A stretch of 64,000 bases of DNA, taken from Gammaproteobacteria bacterium (GTDB lineage: Bacteria > Pseudomonadota > Gammaproteobacteria > UBA4575). Numbering within the stretch: position 1 is the stretch's first letter; the number at the start of each line of letters is the position of its first letter. The DNA is taken from the NCBI GenBank assembly GCA_022824965.1, contig JAJDYY010000002.1, positions 58,929 through 122,928 on the forward strand, written 5' to 3'. Positions 9,922 to 19,091 of the stretch are shown one piece after another. A program made the position numbers and the translations under genes. The notes beneath the pieces are model-generated. The model was not told where the DNA came from and ran no database searches. It saw only the letters and a program-made list of their open reading frames with translations.

Positions 9922-10836
9922 TCATATAGCCTGCTCGACTCCAGAACAATACTGCAAACGATCCAGAAAATGTGCAACCAGCCGCTCAGCAACCACGACA
10001 CCGCTGACTCCCTGCAAACCCCGCCATGCAGGAATGCTGTTCACTTCCGTAATCCACAGCTTGCCGTCGCGATCCCGTATGATGTCCACCCCTCCATACT
10101 GCATGCGCACGGCCTGCACGGCAGCACTCGCCATGGCTGCAAACTGTTCATCGAGTACGGCCGGGTAGCATTTGCCACCGGCCGCCACATTGGTGATCCA
10201 GCTGCTGGACTGCCTTCTCATGGCCGCCACGACCTCGCCGCCGATCACGAACAGGCGCCAGTCATGTGCATCTGCCGTACCGCTGTCGATGTATTTCTGT
10301 AGGTAGTAGATCCTGTTGTACACCGCGAAGTCTGTCAGATCGCTGGGCTTGGTGATCAACTGTAGGTCTTTGCCCTGGGAGCCGAACAGGGGCTTGATCA
10401 CGACCTTGCAACCCCGTTCAAGCTGCTTTCGTATAAAGGAATAGGCGCGGTGCACCTGGTTCCCTACCCAGGTCGGCGGAGTCGCCAGACCCGAGCGCGC
10501 CAGAAGAAAGCTGGTCATACCCTTGTCAACACTGCGCTCGATGGCACGCACATCATTGTAGACAAGGACATTCAGTTCACGTAATGCATGCAGGATATCG
10601 AGATAAAAGACCACCTCTTCCAGAGTCCCGCCCGGCACACCGCGCACGAAAACGCCGGTCGGCAGGGTTCCCTCAAAACCGGGGATCACCAGGCTGTCCG
10701 CTCCCGACCCCGTCCTGAGGTGGCAGTCGGTCAGGGAAACATTCGTGCAGTGATAGCCCCTGGCATTGAAAGCCTGATGGAGCTCTTTGCCATGCCAGCC
10801 CGGATCATCGGTGATGATTGCAATGTGTCCTGACAT
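9922..10836 (-). CDS. RimK-family alpha-L-glutamate ligase (H4MPT/methanofuran cluster)
   Basis: IERSVDK, KPLFGSQG, W.TNVA.G, EVNSIPAW motifs. Confidence 0.88.
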   Translation of the reverse strand: MSGHIAIITDDPGWHGKELHQAFNARGYHCTNVSLTDCHLRTGSGADSLVIPGFEGTLPTGVFVRGVPGGTLEEVVFYLDILHALRELNVLVYNDVRAIERSVDKGMTSFLLARSGLATPPTWVGNQVHRAYSFIRKQLERGCKVVIKPLFGSQGKDLQLITKPSDLTDFAVYNRIYYLQKYIDSGTADAHDWRLFVIGGEVVAAMRRQSSSWITNVAAGGKCYPAVLDEQFAAMASAAVQAVRMQYGGVDIIRDRDGKLWITEVNSIPAWRGLQGVSGVVVAERLVAHFLDRLQYCSGVEQAI

Positions 10837-10839
10837 GAT

Positions 10840-11793
10840 TCAGGAAAAAGATTCCGCCAGCAGATCGGGTGCCAGGTTCCCACCTCTGAAGGTCTTGCCG
10901 CTCTCTACTGCTGTCACGGCCACCGAGGCAGGACTGAACAGCATGGGATCGATCTTGAAAAAATCGTTGTCGCAGTCCTCCAGTACCTGGGCAAACGGTT
11001 TGCCATACGCCGGCGATGCGCTCGAGGGAAGTTCCTGGGACAGCTGCTCTGCACTGGTATCGTCACCCTGTACGAAAAGATGGACCCTGCCGGCAAACAG
11101 GATAGCCGTGTTGGTGCGCTCCATGGCAGTCACGAAATCCGCTCCTGGTGGGGACAGCGGAGCACTCGCCGAACCATCCAGGATGTCGCCCAGGGGAAAC
11201 CTCAATGTATGAACCTTGTGCATGGCCACTTCCAGCACCCGCGACACGATCTGCACCATACCGGCAATGGAACATGTCGGAGTCAATATGAAGGTCAGTG
11301 CATCCGCCGGCAGGCCACAGACCTCGGCCACCCGGTCGATCAGGGCCACCGGGGGGAGCTGGTCCACTTCAAGTACAAACGTTGCGTGGTCACAGTGGTC
11401 GCGGTATTCCAGCTCTTCAAACAAGGCCTCTCGCAAGGCAATGGCCCGACCCGGCCCTGACCCCAGTGCATGGAATTTTTCGTGCGACAGGCTCCAGCCT
11501 GCATACTGGCTTGCCAGGCATGCAAGCACCGGATTGGAAGTGTGCACATGCAGGGACAGCGGCCAGTCACGGATTGCAGCCGCATGATAAAGGGTCACCC
11601 TGCCAAGGCCTCCCATGCAGATCTCGCCGATCAGCCGGCCAGCCTCAAGGCCGCCCCTGCAATCGATGCCGGCGTCGATGTACCTTGCGCCGTTGGTGAA
11701 CTCTCCCAGCCCTACCCGCAGTGCGGCATGCTTGTCGATGAGTTCCTGAACCAGCGGCTTAGCCAGTTGATTAACGCTTACATCCTGCATCAT
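10840..11793 (-). CDS. mch: Methenyl-H4MPT cyclohydrolase
   Basis: IDAGI..GGLEAG, CMGGLG, CLASQYAGW, GSGPGR, QIVSRVLE, FFKIDPMLFSPA. Confidence 0.95.
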   Translation of the reverse strand: MMQDVSVNQLAKPLVQELIDKHAALRVGLGEFTNGARYIDAGIDCRGGLEAGRLIGEICMGGLGRVTLYHAAAIRDWPLSLHVHTSNPVLACLASQYAGWSLSHEKFHALGSGPGRAIALREALFEELEYRDHCDHATFVLEVDQLPPVALIDRVAEVCGLPADALTFILTPTCSIAGMVQIVSRVLEVAMHKVHTLRFPLGDILDGSASAPLSPPGADFVTAMERTNTAILFAGRVHLFVQGDDTSAEQLSQELPSSASPAYGKPFAQVLEDCDNDFFKIDPMLFSPASVAVTAVESGKTFRGGNLAPDLLAESFS

Positions 11794-11812
11794 TCATTCC
11801 CTTGTTCAAAAA

Positions 11813-12979
11813 TTACATATTCGCTTTCCGAGCGACATGTCCTAGGTCCTGCAGTATCTTTTGCATGCGCGTACGGATCATCGCGCGCACCTGTGCCATG
11901 TTCTTGCCGCCCGCGAATACACTGCATACGGGTTCATATTGCTGAATCTCCTCTTCAGGATGAGGCCGGTCTGCCGTCCACAGGGGCCAGTCAAAGCGGG
12001 CCGGCACCTGCATCGGCTCCGAAGCGTAGACCAGTGCATGTGCACGAAGCGGGCGCTCGCCGGACATCGGGGCGAGTTTAGCATGTATGCAGGCATCCAT
12101 ATGTGCGCCGATCAGATGGCCCTGCCGAGTCTCGTACAGTTCGTAGGTAGCCGGGATGCGCGGGTTGATTTCAAGCACATGCACGCAGTCATTCGAGAGG
12201 ATGAAATCGATACTGTTCAGGCCTACCAGGTTGAATTCCCGGGTCAGGCAAACCGTGTAGTGAAGTGCCATGCTTTGCTGTTCCTGGGTGAGTTCGGCCC
12301 GGTTGACCGCGCCCTCGTACACATAAGGCCTGTCAGGCCCGCATGTCCTGTGCCACAGGGTGTTGAACCCCAGCACCTCAATGTTGGCACCATCGGCCAG
12401 AAATGTCAGGGAGAAACTCAAGCCCTCCATTTTTCTTTGCAGGTAGACTGACGGATCGTGGCCGGACTCACGCGTGCAGGGAGCAATCCCCCGACCCCCT
12501 ACACTCTTTGAATTTTTCTGCAACCACAGACCGGGGTCCCCCCGAACCTGCGAGAAGCAGACTTGCGGGTAACTGATCGAGTTTTTGTCCAGTGCCGAAA
12601 AAAATGTTTCCGGATCCTTGCAGCGGCGAAGAACTGTGCTCGAGTTGCCGATGACCCTGGGCGCCCCGATGTCATCCAGCAAACCGGGGGCAAACTCCAG
12701 TGCCGAGTCGTAGAGCAGGCCTTCCAGGGAATATTCGCCCTGAAGTTCGCGCACAGCTTCAGCTACTTCCATCTCCCGCAGACCCAGTAGAGTGCGCGGG
12801 ACTTTCCGGCTGACCGCCGATGCCGCACAGGTGTCTACATCGGCAAACCCGTCCACCACTGCAACAGGATAGCCCCTCGCCTTCAGGGCTTCTGCGATTG
12901 CCCGGCCTGATGTGGCTACAACCAGGTAAATACGCCTATCCCCGTTTGATCTCCTTGGCCATTCCAAATGCATGCTCAA
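11813..12979 (-). CDS. ATP-grasp protein (OrfY-like) of H4MPT cluster
   Basis: SGRAIA, D.F.D.D, GLNSIDF, EINPR motifs; located between mtdB and mch; start uncertain. Confidence 0.8.
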   Translation of the reverse strand: MSMHLEWPRRSNGDRRIYLVVATSGRAIAEALKARGYPVAVVDGFADVDTCAASAVSRKVPRTLLGLREMEVAEAVRELQGEYSLEGLLYDSALEFAPGLLDDIGAPRVIGNSSTVLRRCKDPETFFSALDKNSISYPQVCFSQVRGDPGLWLQKNSKSVGGRGIAPCTRESGHDPSVYLQRKMEGLSFSLTFLADGANIEVLGFNTLWHRTCGPDRPYVYEGAVNRAELTQEQQSMALHYTVCLTREFNLVGLNSIDFILSNDCVHVLEINPRIPATYELYETRQGHLIGAHMDACIHAKLAPMSGERPLRAHALVYASEPMQVPARFDWPLWTADRPHPEEEIQQYEPVCSVFAGGKNMAQVRAMIRTRMQKILQDLGHVARKANM

Positions 12980-13838
12980 AGTGCAAAAAGACCGGCTTGT
13001 CAGCAGCGCGCATTTCCTGCAGAAGTCTGTGCTGGGTCTGGTATTTCACATTGCCGATGACAAGCGCTCCGATTCCGACAGCGCCGCTGCTGGAGCCCTC
13101 GACCGCCTTGCAATCATCCATGGCGTCCAGTCCTGCAATCCCCGAAGGCGGCACTGCATTGACATCTGCAACGACCTTCAGTTCCGATGCGCTTTTGATG
13201 TGCTCCTCGGATATGACCTGTACGCCGGCCGCAACTGCCGCCAGGATGACGTCAGCACTTTTTGCGACCTCGCCGATCATGCTGTTGGCCTCACCCCGTA
13301 TGCCCGTTTCACCGTCACCGTACTCACGGTTGCACAACTCGGCCACTTGCTCCGACTTTTCTTTTTTACGTCCCATGATCTGCACATCTGCACCCGCTTT
13401 GGCGGCAAGAACGGCAGCCGCGGAACCTACCGGACCGGTTCCACCCATGATGACGACATGCTTGCCTTTAAGATCGGTATCAAACTTTTCTTTCAGTCCC
13501 TGCTCTACGCAGGCCATCATCCCGGCTGCTGTCGTGAAGGCACCGCTTGGGTCGGCAAAACAGGAAGTCTCAAAGGGAGGCACCATTGATGACTCGCAGA
13601 TTTTCAACATGCCCATCACGAGGTGCATGTCGCGTCCACCCAGGAATACTCCCGTGCGTTTGGCACCTGCAGGACCCCGGGAGAATATGGCATCCTGAAT
13701 CAGGGCTTCCACCTCGTCTGTCTCAACGTTGGTATAACCAACGGTATTGTCCCAGCCGGCATCCAGAGCCATATTGACATCGAACGGGCTCAAGTTCTTT
13801 GCCGGTGTAATCATGTGTAGGATGTAAGGTTTTTCCAT
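12936..13838 (-). CDS. mtdB: NAD(P)-dependent methylene-H4MPT dehydrogenase
   Basis: SPFDVNMALDAG, QDAIFSRG, DPSGAFTTAA, GGTGPVG, DVNAVPPSG, IGNVKY. Confidence 0.93.
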   Translation of the reverse strand: MEKPYILHMITPAKNLSPFDVNMALDAGWDNTVGYTNVETDEVEALIQDAIFSRGPAGAKRTGVFLGGRDMHLVMGMLKICESSMVPPFETSCFADPSGAFTTAAGMMACVEQGLKEKFDTDLKGKHVVIMGGTGPVGSAAAVLAAKAGADVQIMGRKKEKSEQVAELCNREYGDGETGIRGEANSMIGEVAKSADVILAAVAAGVQVISEEHIKSASELKVVADVNAVPPSGIAGLDAMDDCKAVEGSSSGAVGIGALVIGNVKYQTQHRLLQEMRAADKPVFLHFEHAFGMAKEIKRG

Positions 13839-13923
13839 TGTTTCCCTCTTGAAGTGGAGATGTTCTGATGATCGGGTCTACCGTCCGGCTGCCTGCCAAA
13901 ACGGAGAGTCTGTCCCTGGGGCT

Positions 13924-14931
13924 TCAAGACTCAGCGGCTTCGGAAATGGACGCTATGTCCTGCTGCAGGATAACGGCTCCAGAGTTTTTCCCCGACACTA
14001 TTCTAAATCGCAGGTCTTCATTCCCAGCAAACCGTGTTTGCAGGTCGCGCAACAGTGTATGTCCTTGTATTTCACTGCCAACAAAGGCAAATCCCAGTGG
14101 CCCCCATGAACTCTGCCCGACCCCTTCGATACCCAGAGACTCTATGTATTCAATAGCTTCACCGACGGAGCGACTAGTATAGCGCCCCCCCTGGGCCGAT
14201 GCGAAGTAATCACCAATGCATCTCTGGAGTCTGCTGACCCCTTGACTGAACATTTCCAGATTTTGCTCGGAAACTGCAGGCAGGATCTGCATCAGCACCA
14301 GATGACACAAATGCGCGGCAGATTCCGGTGAAAAAGCTGGCAAGGTCGAAAACAGCTCACTTTCATCGTTACCGTGCATCCCTTTTTGGGTCGAGTCAAT
14401 AATGAAAACCATGCGCCAGGCTGGCGGAAATACCAGCCGCGAGACCACGGGTGGAACCAGATCATGGGCACTCTTCCCAGCGTCCAGCAAGAACCCTCCC
14501 TGCTGGAACGCACCAATACCGACACCAGACCTTGCTCCTCGACCGAGAGTTTCGGCAATATCTGAAGGCGTGCAGTCGAGCGAATACAGCCTGGAAATTG
14601 CAGTGCCCACGGCCAGTGCCAGTTGTGTCCCAGAACCCAGCCCGGAATGTGCAGGGATTTGTTCCAGCACTTCAATTTGACACCCCCCGCTCAATTGCCT
14701 GGCTGCAAAAAACCTCTTTGCAACATCGTGCACACGGCCTGCAGGGTCACCCAGCACATCGATATGATCCTGGCGCCGGGCGATGATCCGCGTGGCAATG
14801 CCGTCAAGCGTTAATCCCAGACTCCCGAACCGCCTGCCCAGGCTGCCTTCAAGATCCAGAAAACCGAGGTGCAAGCGGGCCGGGGCTTCTACGTAGACGG
14901 GCAAGCTGTCCATATCCACAATTCTATTCAA
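13924..14931 (-). CDS. mptG: Beta-ribofuranosylaminobenzene 5'-phosphate synthase
   Basis: PARLHLG, H.GLGSGTQ, RGARSGVG, GQSSWGP GHMP-type motifs. Confidence 0.93.
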   Translation of the reverse strand: MNRIVDMDSLPVYVEAPARLHLGFLDLEGSLGRRFGSLGLTLDGIATRIIARRQDHIDVLGDPAGRVHDVAKRFFAARQLSGGCQIEVLEQIPAHSGLGSGTQLALAVGTAISRLYSLDCTPSDIAETLGRGARSGVGIGAFQQGGFLLDAGKSAHDLVPPVVSRLVFPPAWRMVFIIDSTQKGMHGNDESELFSTLPAFSPESAAHLCHLVLMQILPAVSEQNLEMFSQGVSRLQRCIGDYFASAQGGRYTSRSVGEAIEYIESLGIEGVGQSSWGPLGFAFVGSEIQGHTLLRDLQTRFAGNEDLRFRIVSGKNSGAVILQQDIASISEAAES

Positions 14932-14956
14932 TTCTTCAAACCTGGGTCTTGAATTT

Positions 14957-15196
14957 TTACACCCATTTCAGCAGATAATAAATCAGCTGCCCTTCCGATG
15001 ACTTGGATGGCCCTACCACCTTGGCTGCGAATCTTTTCTTGTCAGGATCGGCGGCTGCCTGTGCCTGTTCGATATCACTTTTGATTTCCACACAATTTGC
15101 GGCGAATCTTTTACGGCTGCGCTTGGGCACATACACGACCGCGTATTGAATCTTGGATACGCCTCCTTCAGGATCCGGTGGCACCAAGCCTCTCAA
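14957..15196 (-). CDS. Small hypothetical protein
   Basis: 79-aa ORF filling the gap between cysS and mptG on the same strand; start uncertain. Confidence 0.65.
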   Translation of the reverse strand: MRGLVPPDPEGGVSKIQYAVVYVPKRSRKRFAANCVEIKSDIEQAQAAADPDKKRFAAKVVGPSKSSEGQLIYYLLKWV

Positions 15197-15269
15197 GGAA
15201 TCACCTCAATATGCCTTCGGATTGGATCCGATCGATCTCGCCACTCGTAATACTATTTGCCGTCACGGG

Positions 15270-16646
15270 TTAAACCTTCCTCCAGCTCGATGTCCCGTCC
15301 GGGCGATCCTGAATCTGGATACCCATTGCAGTAAGTTGTTCCCGGATCTCATCGGCCTGCTTGAAATTCCTCTCTTTTTTTGCACTGGATCTCAACTCCA
15401 CCAGCCTGAGAATCTCTGCTTCGTCGATCTCGGACGTCCCCCGAAACCATACCGCCGGATCCTGTTGCAAAATCCCGAGCATTCTGCCTGCCGCCAGCAA
15501 CTGTCCTTTCAGCGTCTCCCTTGCATTTTGTCCCGAGGCCGTCTTGACCTGTTTTGCCAGCCTGTGCAACTCGGAAATCGCAGCAGGAGTATTCAGGTCG
15601 TCCTCAAGGGCATCCGTGAACATGTCAGGCACTTCGAAAGCGGATGTGTCGATTTCAACATCCTGAAGATGATTCAAAACCTCATACAGGCGGTCCAGAT
15701 TCCTGCGTGACCGGTTCAGAATTTCGTCGCTCCAGTCCAGCGGGCTGCGGTAATGCGTGCCCAGAAGTGCAAACCGGATGGCTTCACCCGGTGCCTGCTC
15801 AAGCAGGTCTTGCACCAGCAGGACATTGCCCAGGGACTTGGACATTTTTTCACGATCGACATTGATAAAACCGTTGTGCATCCAGTACCGGCTGAGAAGC
15901 TTACCACCATGCACACAGGTGCTTTGCGCCCTTTCGTTCTCATGATGTGGAAAAACCAGGTCCTGACCACCGCCATGAATGTCGATGGTTTCTCCGAGGT
16001 GCTGCTCGATCATCGTCGAGCACTCGATATGCCAGCCCGGTCGCCCCGCACCCCATGGACTGTCCCATGCCGGCTGACCCGCATCGGATGGCTTCCACAG
16101 GACAAAATCCGTGTCGTCCCTTTTGAAGGGCGCAACATCCACACGTGCACCTGCAATCAATTCTCTCAGGTTGCGCCCGGAAAGTGCCCCGTACCCAGAA
16201 TAGGAAGGCACGTGGAACAACACATGGCCTTCGGCTTCATAGGCGTTTCCTGCTGCCACCAGGCGCTCGATCATGTCAATGATCTGCTCCATATGGTCGG
16301 TGACCCTGGGCTCAATGACAGGTGCAAGCACCCCGAGGTCTGTCATGTTCTGGTGGTAGGCCCGGGTATAGCGGGTGCTGATTTCCCCGATGGAAACCTT
16401 CTCCTTTGCGGCCGCTGCATTGATCTTGTCATCGACGTCCGTGATATTGCGCACATAGACGACCTGCTCGAATTTCTGCATGAGCAGGCGGTAGAGCACA
16501 TCGAAAACCACGGCGGGTCGGGCATTTCCGATGTGAGGAAAACTGTAGACCGTGGGACCACAGACATACAGAGTCACACGCCTGGGGTCTGCCGGAACAA
16601 ATTCCTCTTTTTTGCGCGAGGCTGTATTGAAAATTTGAAGGGTCAT
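15270..16646 (-). CDS. cysS: Cysteine-tRNA ligase
   Basis: YVCGPTVY, HIGN, GRPGWHIECS, KMSKS motifs. Confidence 0.97.
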   Translation of the reverse strand: MTLQIFNTASRKKEEFVPADPRRVTLYVCGPTVYSFPHIGNARPAVVFDVLYRLLMQKFEQVVYVRNITDVDDKINAAAAKEKVSIGEISTRYTRAYHQNMTDLGVLAPVIEPRVTDHMEQIIDMIERLVAAGNAYEAEGHVLFHVPSYSGYGALSGRNLRELIAGARVDVAPFKRDDTDFVLWKPSDAGQPAWDSPWGAGRPGWHIECSTMIEQHLGETIDIHGGGQDLVFPHHENERAQSTCVHGGKLLSRYWMHNGFINVDREKMSKSLGNVLLVQDLLEQAPGEAIRFALLGTHYRSPLDWSDEILNRSRRNLDRLYEVLNHLQDVEIDTSAFEVPDMFTDALEDDLNTPAAISELHRLAKQVKTASGQNARETLKGQLLAAGRMLGILQQDPAVWFRGTSEIDEAEILRLVELRSSAKKERNFKQADEIREQLTAMGIQIQDRPDGTSSWRKV

Positions 16647-16695
16647 GACGGTTCCGGGGAAATCTGCTGTACACCGATAACCGGCTATCGGTACC

Positions 16696-17082
16696 TCACT
16701 CCGGGCCACCCTGCCACATCATCTGGTAACCGATTTCATAGGTCTCCGTGGCATAGCCGCCCAAGGCCTCGAACTTTTCCCTGAAGACATCATCCGCGTG
16801 TGATTCCTCATGCTGCTCAAAGGATTCCCAGTAGGTGACAATGGCGACATGCTCACTGGTCTGTTCCTTCGAGGCAATGGAGCCTTCATCAGAGACAAAT
16901 CCTGCAAACTTGAATACCTGCCCGCCGAGAAAACCTCCCTTGTCGTCACCGTAGGTATTCTTGACCGTATTGCACATCTCTCCTACTGCAAGCTCTATAT
17001 CCTCTTCGGACACCCCTTTTTTCAGCTTGACAACGTTGTACATCATCACGCACCCGTACGGGACGCTCAGCGCATCAAACAT
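16696..17082 (-). CDS. 128-aa dimeric alpha/beta-barrel-like protein resembling the N-terminal domain of sulfur oxygenase reductase
   Basis: GAGGAG RBS before ATG; VGEMC, GFLGGQ, TYWESFEQHEESH, EIGY motifs; function inferred. Confidence 0.6.
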   Translation of the reverse strand: MFDALSVPYGCVMMYNVVKLKKGVSEEDIELAVGEMCNTVKNTYGDDKGGFLGGQVFKFAGFVSDEGSIASKEQTSEHVAIVTYWESFEQHEESHADDVFREKFEALGGYATETYEIGYQMMWQGGPE

Positions 17083-17234
17083 CGCAACTCCTCGGACTCG
17101 CAAGCCCCTTGTAGACACTGTGAATACATACTCTATTCGATTTTACGGACATTGGAAAACAGGTGCAGAAACCTCACCTGTGAGGCCTGTACCGGGTCTG
17201 CGGGCAGGCCAGGGGCTGTGGTCAGCCAGGCAGG

Positions 17235-18614
17235 TCAGCCGTTCGCGACCGCCAGCATCTCGGCCTGTCGGGTGAATTTCTCGCGTGGCTTGCCCTTGGG
17301 TTCTCCTGCGGCAACCTCGGCGGCATCAATTTTCTCCCACTGGATGAAATTGACATGGCGCACACCGTTGCGGCCCAGGATTTGATACAGACCCTCGCGA
17401 CCCGGTCTGTCTGCATCGAGTTGGCCGAGATCTGCCAGCAGGGACTCTACCGATTCCACCGCACAGGCACGGTTGGTGCCGATAATCCCGGAAGGTCCAC
17501 GCTTGATCCAGCCCGCCGTGTACAGTCCGGGCACCACGGCACCACCCTGTTCCGAGGTGATGCGCCCCGCATCGTTGGGAATGGTGCCCCAGCGGTCGTA
17601 AAAGGGGACTCCGGGAATGGGCACCCCGTTGTAGCCAATGCTGCGAAACAGGATCCCGCACGCGATCTCTGTTGTCTGTCCTGTGCCTTGCGCTGATTGC
17701 CCGAAGGGCTCTCCGGACAACTCATTGGCCTCGAATACAACCTTCTCCAGCCGTTCCCCGCCCTCCAGTCGCAGCGGGCTCTTTAAGAATGTTGCAATGC
17801 AGATTCGCGGCTTGCCCGTATCCTCGGAACCTGCGAACTGATGAAAAATCTCGACATTCTTCTTGTTGCCCCGGCCCGCCTTGGAATTGATTTCCTCTTC
17901 GCTTGCCGGGTTCAGTTCCAGTTCCACAGGATCAATATAGGGGCGGCAATTTTCAATCTCCAGGAATTCCTTGAGCTCCTTGGAGGCAAACTTTGCCTGT
18001 GCCGGCCCTCGCCGGCCCACCACGTAAATCGTTCGGACCCTGCTCTCTGCAAGTGCATCCAGGGCATGCTGCGCAATATCGGTATGCTTCAGTTCATCGA
18101 CGGACTTGGCCAGTATCCTGGCCACATCGGCTGCTACATTGCCCTGGCCGATCACGACGGCGGTCTCATGGGACAAGTCAAAAGTCCGGTCCCGGTAATC
18201 AGGATGCCCGTTGTACCAGCCAACAAATTCCGTGGCAGTGTGGCTTCCTGCCAGATCTTCTCCGGGTATGCCGAGCTGGCGATCCGTTTCCGCGCCACAG
18301 GTGTACATCACCGCATGATACGTCTGCTGCAGATCCTCCGCCGTGATGTCGACTCCGACCGTGACATTGCCGACAAAATTGAACTCGGGATTCTGGGCAA
18401 CTTTCTTGTAAACCTCGATGGCCTGCTTGAGCTTGGGATGATCAGGGGCAACCCCGTTGCGCACTAGGCCATAGGGGGCGGGAAGCCTTTCAATCAGGTC
18501 GATCTCAACATTCAGACCAGACTTGATCAGTGCTTCTGTGGCATAAAATCCGCTCGGACCGCTTCCTATAATGGCCACGCGAAGCGGGCTAGATTCATCG
18601 CCGAGACTGCTCAT
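17235..18614 (-). CDS. Ferredoxin-NADP+ reductase, FprA/adrenodoxin reductase type
   Basis: GSGPSG, GLVRNGVAPDH, WYNGHP, GQGNVAAD, GWIKRGPSG, PREK motifs. Confidence 0.92.
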   Translation of the reverse strand: MSSLGDESSPLRVAIIGSGPSGFYATEALIKSGLNVEIDLIERLPAPYGLVRNGVAPDHPKLKQAIEVYKKVAQNPEFNFVGNVTVGVDITAEDLQQTYHAVMYTCGAETDRQLGIPGEDLAGSHTATEFVGWYNGHPDYRDRTFDLSHETAVVIGQGNVAADVARILAKSVDELKHTDIAQHALDALAESRVRTIYVVGRRGPAQAKFASKELKEFLEIENCRPYIDPVELELNPASEEEINSKAGRGNKKNVEIFHQFAGSEDTGKPRICIATFLKSPLRLEGGERLEKVVFEANELSGEPFGQSAQGTGQTTEIACGILFRSIGYNGVPIPGVPFYDRWGTIPNDAGRITSEQGGAVVPGLYTAGWIKRGPSGIIGTNRACAVESVESLLADLGQLDADRPGREGLYQILGRNGVRHVNFIQWEKIDAAEVAAGEPKGKPREKFTRQAEMLAVANG

Positions 18615-18711
18615 GTGACGTTCCCGTACTCGATATCAATTTGGCTGCGAGCTTGTACAACAAGAAAGTGCAGAGCAGGACCGCCAGAATCATGCTTAAC
18701 CGTATCAGCAC

Positions 18712-19017
18712 CTAGAACCCTAGGTCTGCCTTGCGTTGCTCGGCTTCAGGCAAAGCTTCCATCGGTTCCTCAATTAATGGCAAGTCCGGTGCTTTTTCAG
18801 CATTGATCTCGATCCACTGCTCCTGTCCTTCAGGCAGGTCATCTTCCTCAAAGATTGCCTCTACGGGGCATTCCGGGATGCAGGCGCTGCAGTCAATGCA
18901 GACGTCCGGGTCGATATAAAGCATCTCATCATCATAATGAAAACAGGCCACCGGACACACGGCAACGCAGTCTGTAAAGCGACATCCTTTACAATTTTCT
19001 GTTACGACTGTAGTCAT
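18712..19017 (-). CDS. fdxA: FdxA-type (7Fe-like) ferredoxin
   Basis: CKGCRFTDCVAVCP and CIDCSACIPECP, acidic C-terminus as in Azotobacter FdI. Confidence 0.88.
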   Translation of the reverse strand: MTTVVTENCKGCRFTDCVAVCPVACFHYDDEMLYIDPDVCIDCSACIPECPVEAIFEEDDLPEGQEQWIEINAEKAPDLPLIEEPMEALPEAEQRKADLGF

Positions 19018-19091
19018 GAAATCATCTCCTCTACTGCAAACTGTACCAGACTATACAAACTGAAGGGGCTGCGGTGGCCGTAAACTGGCCC

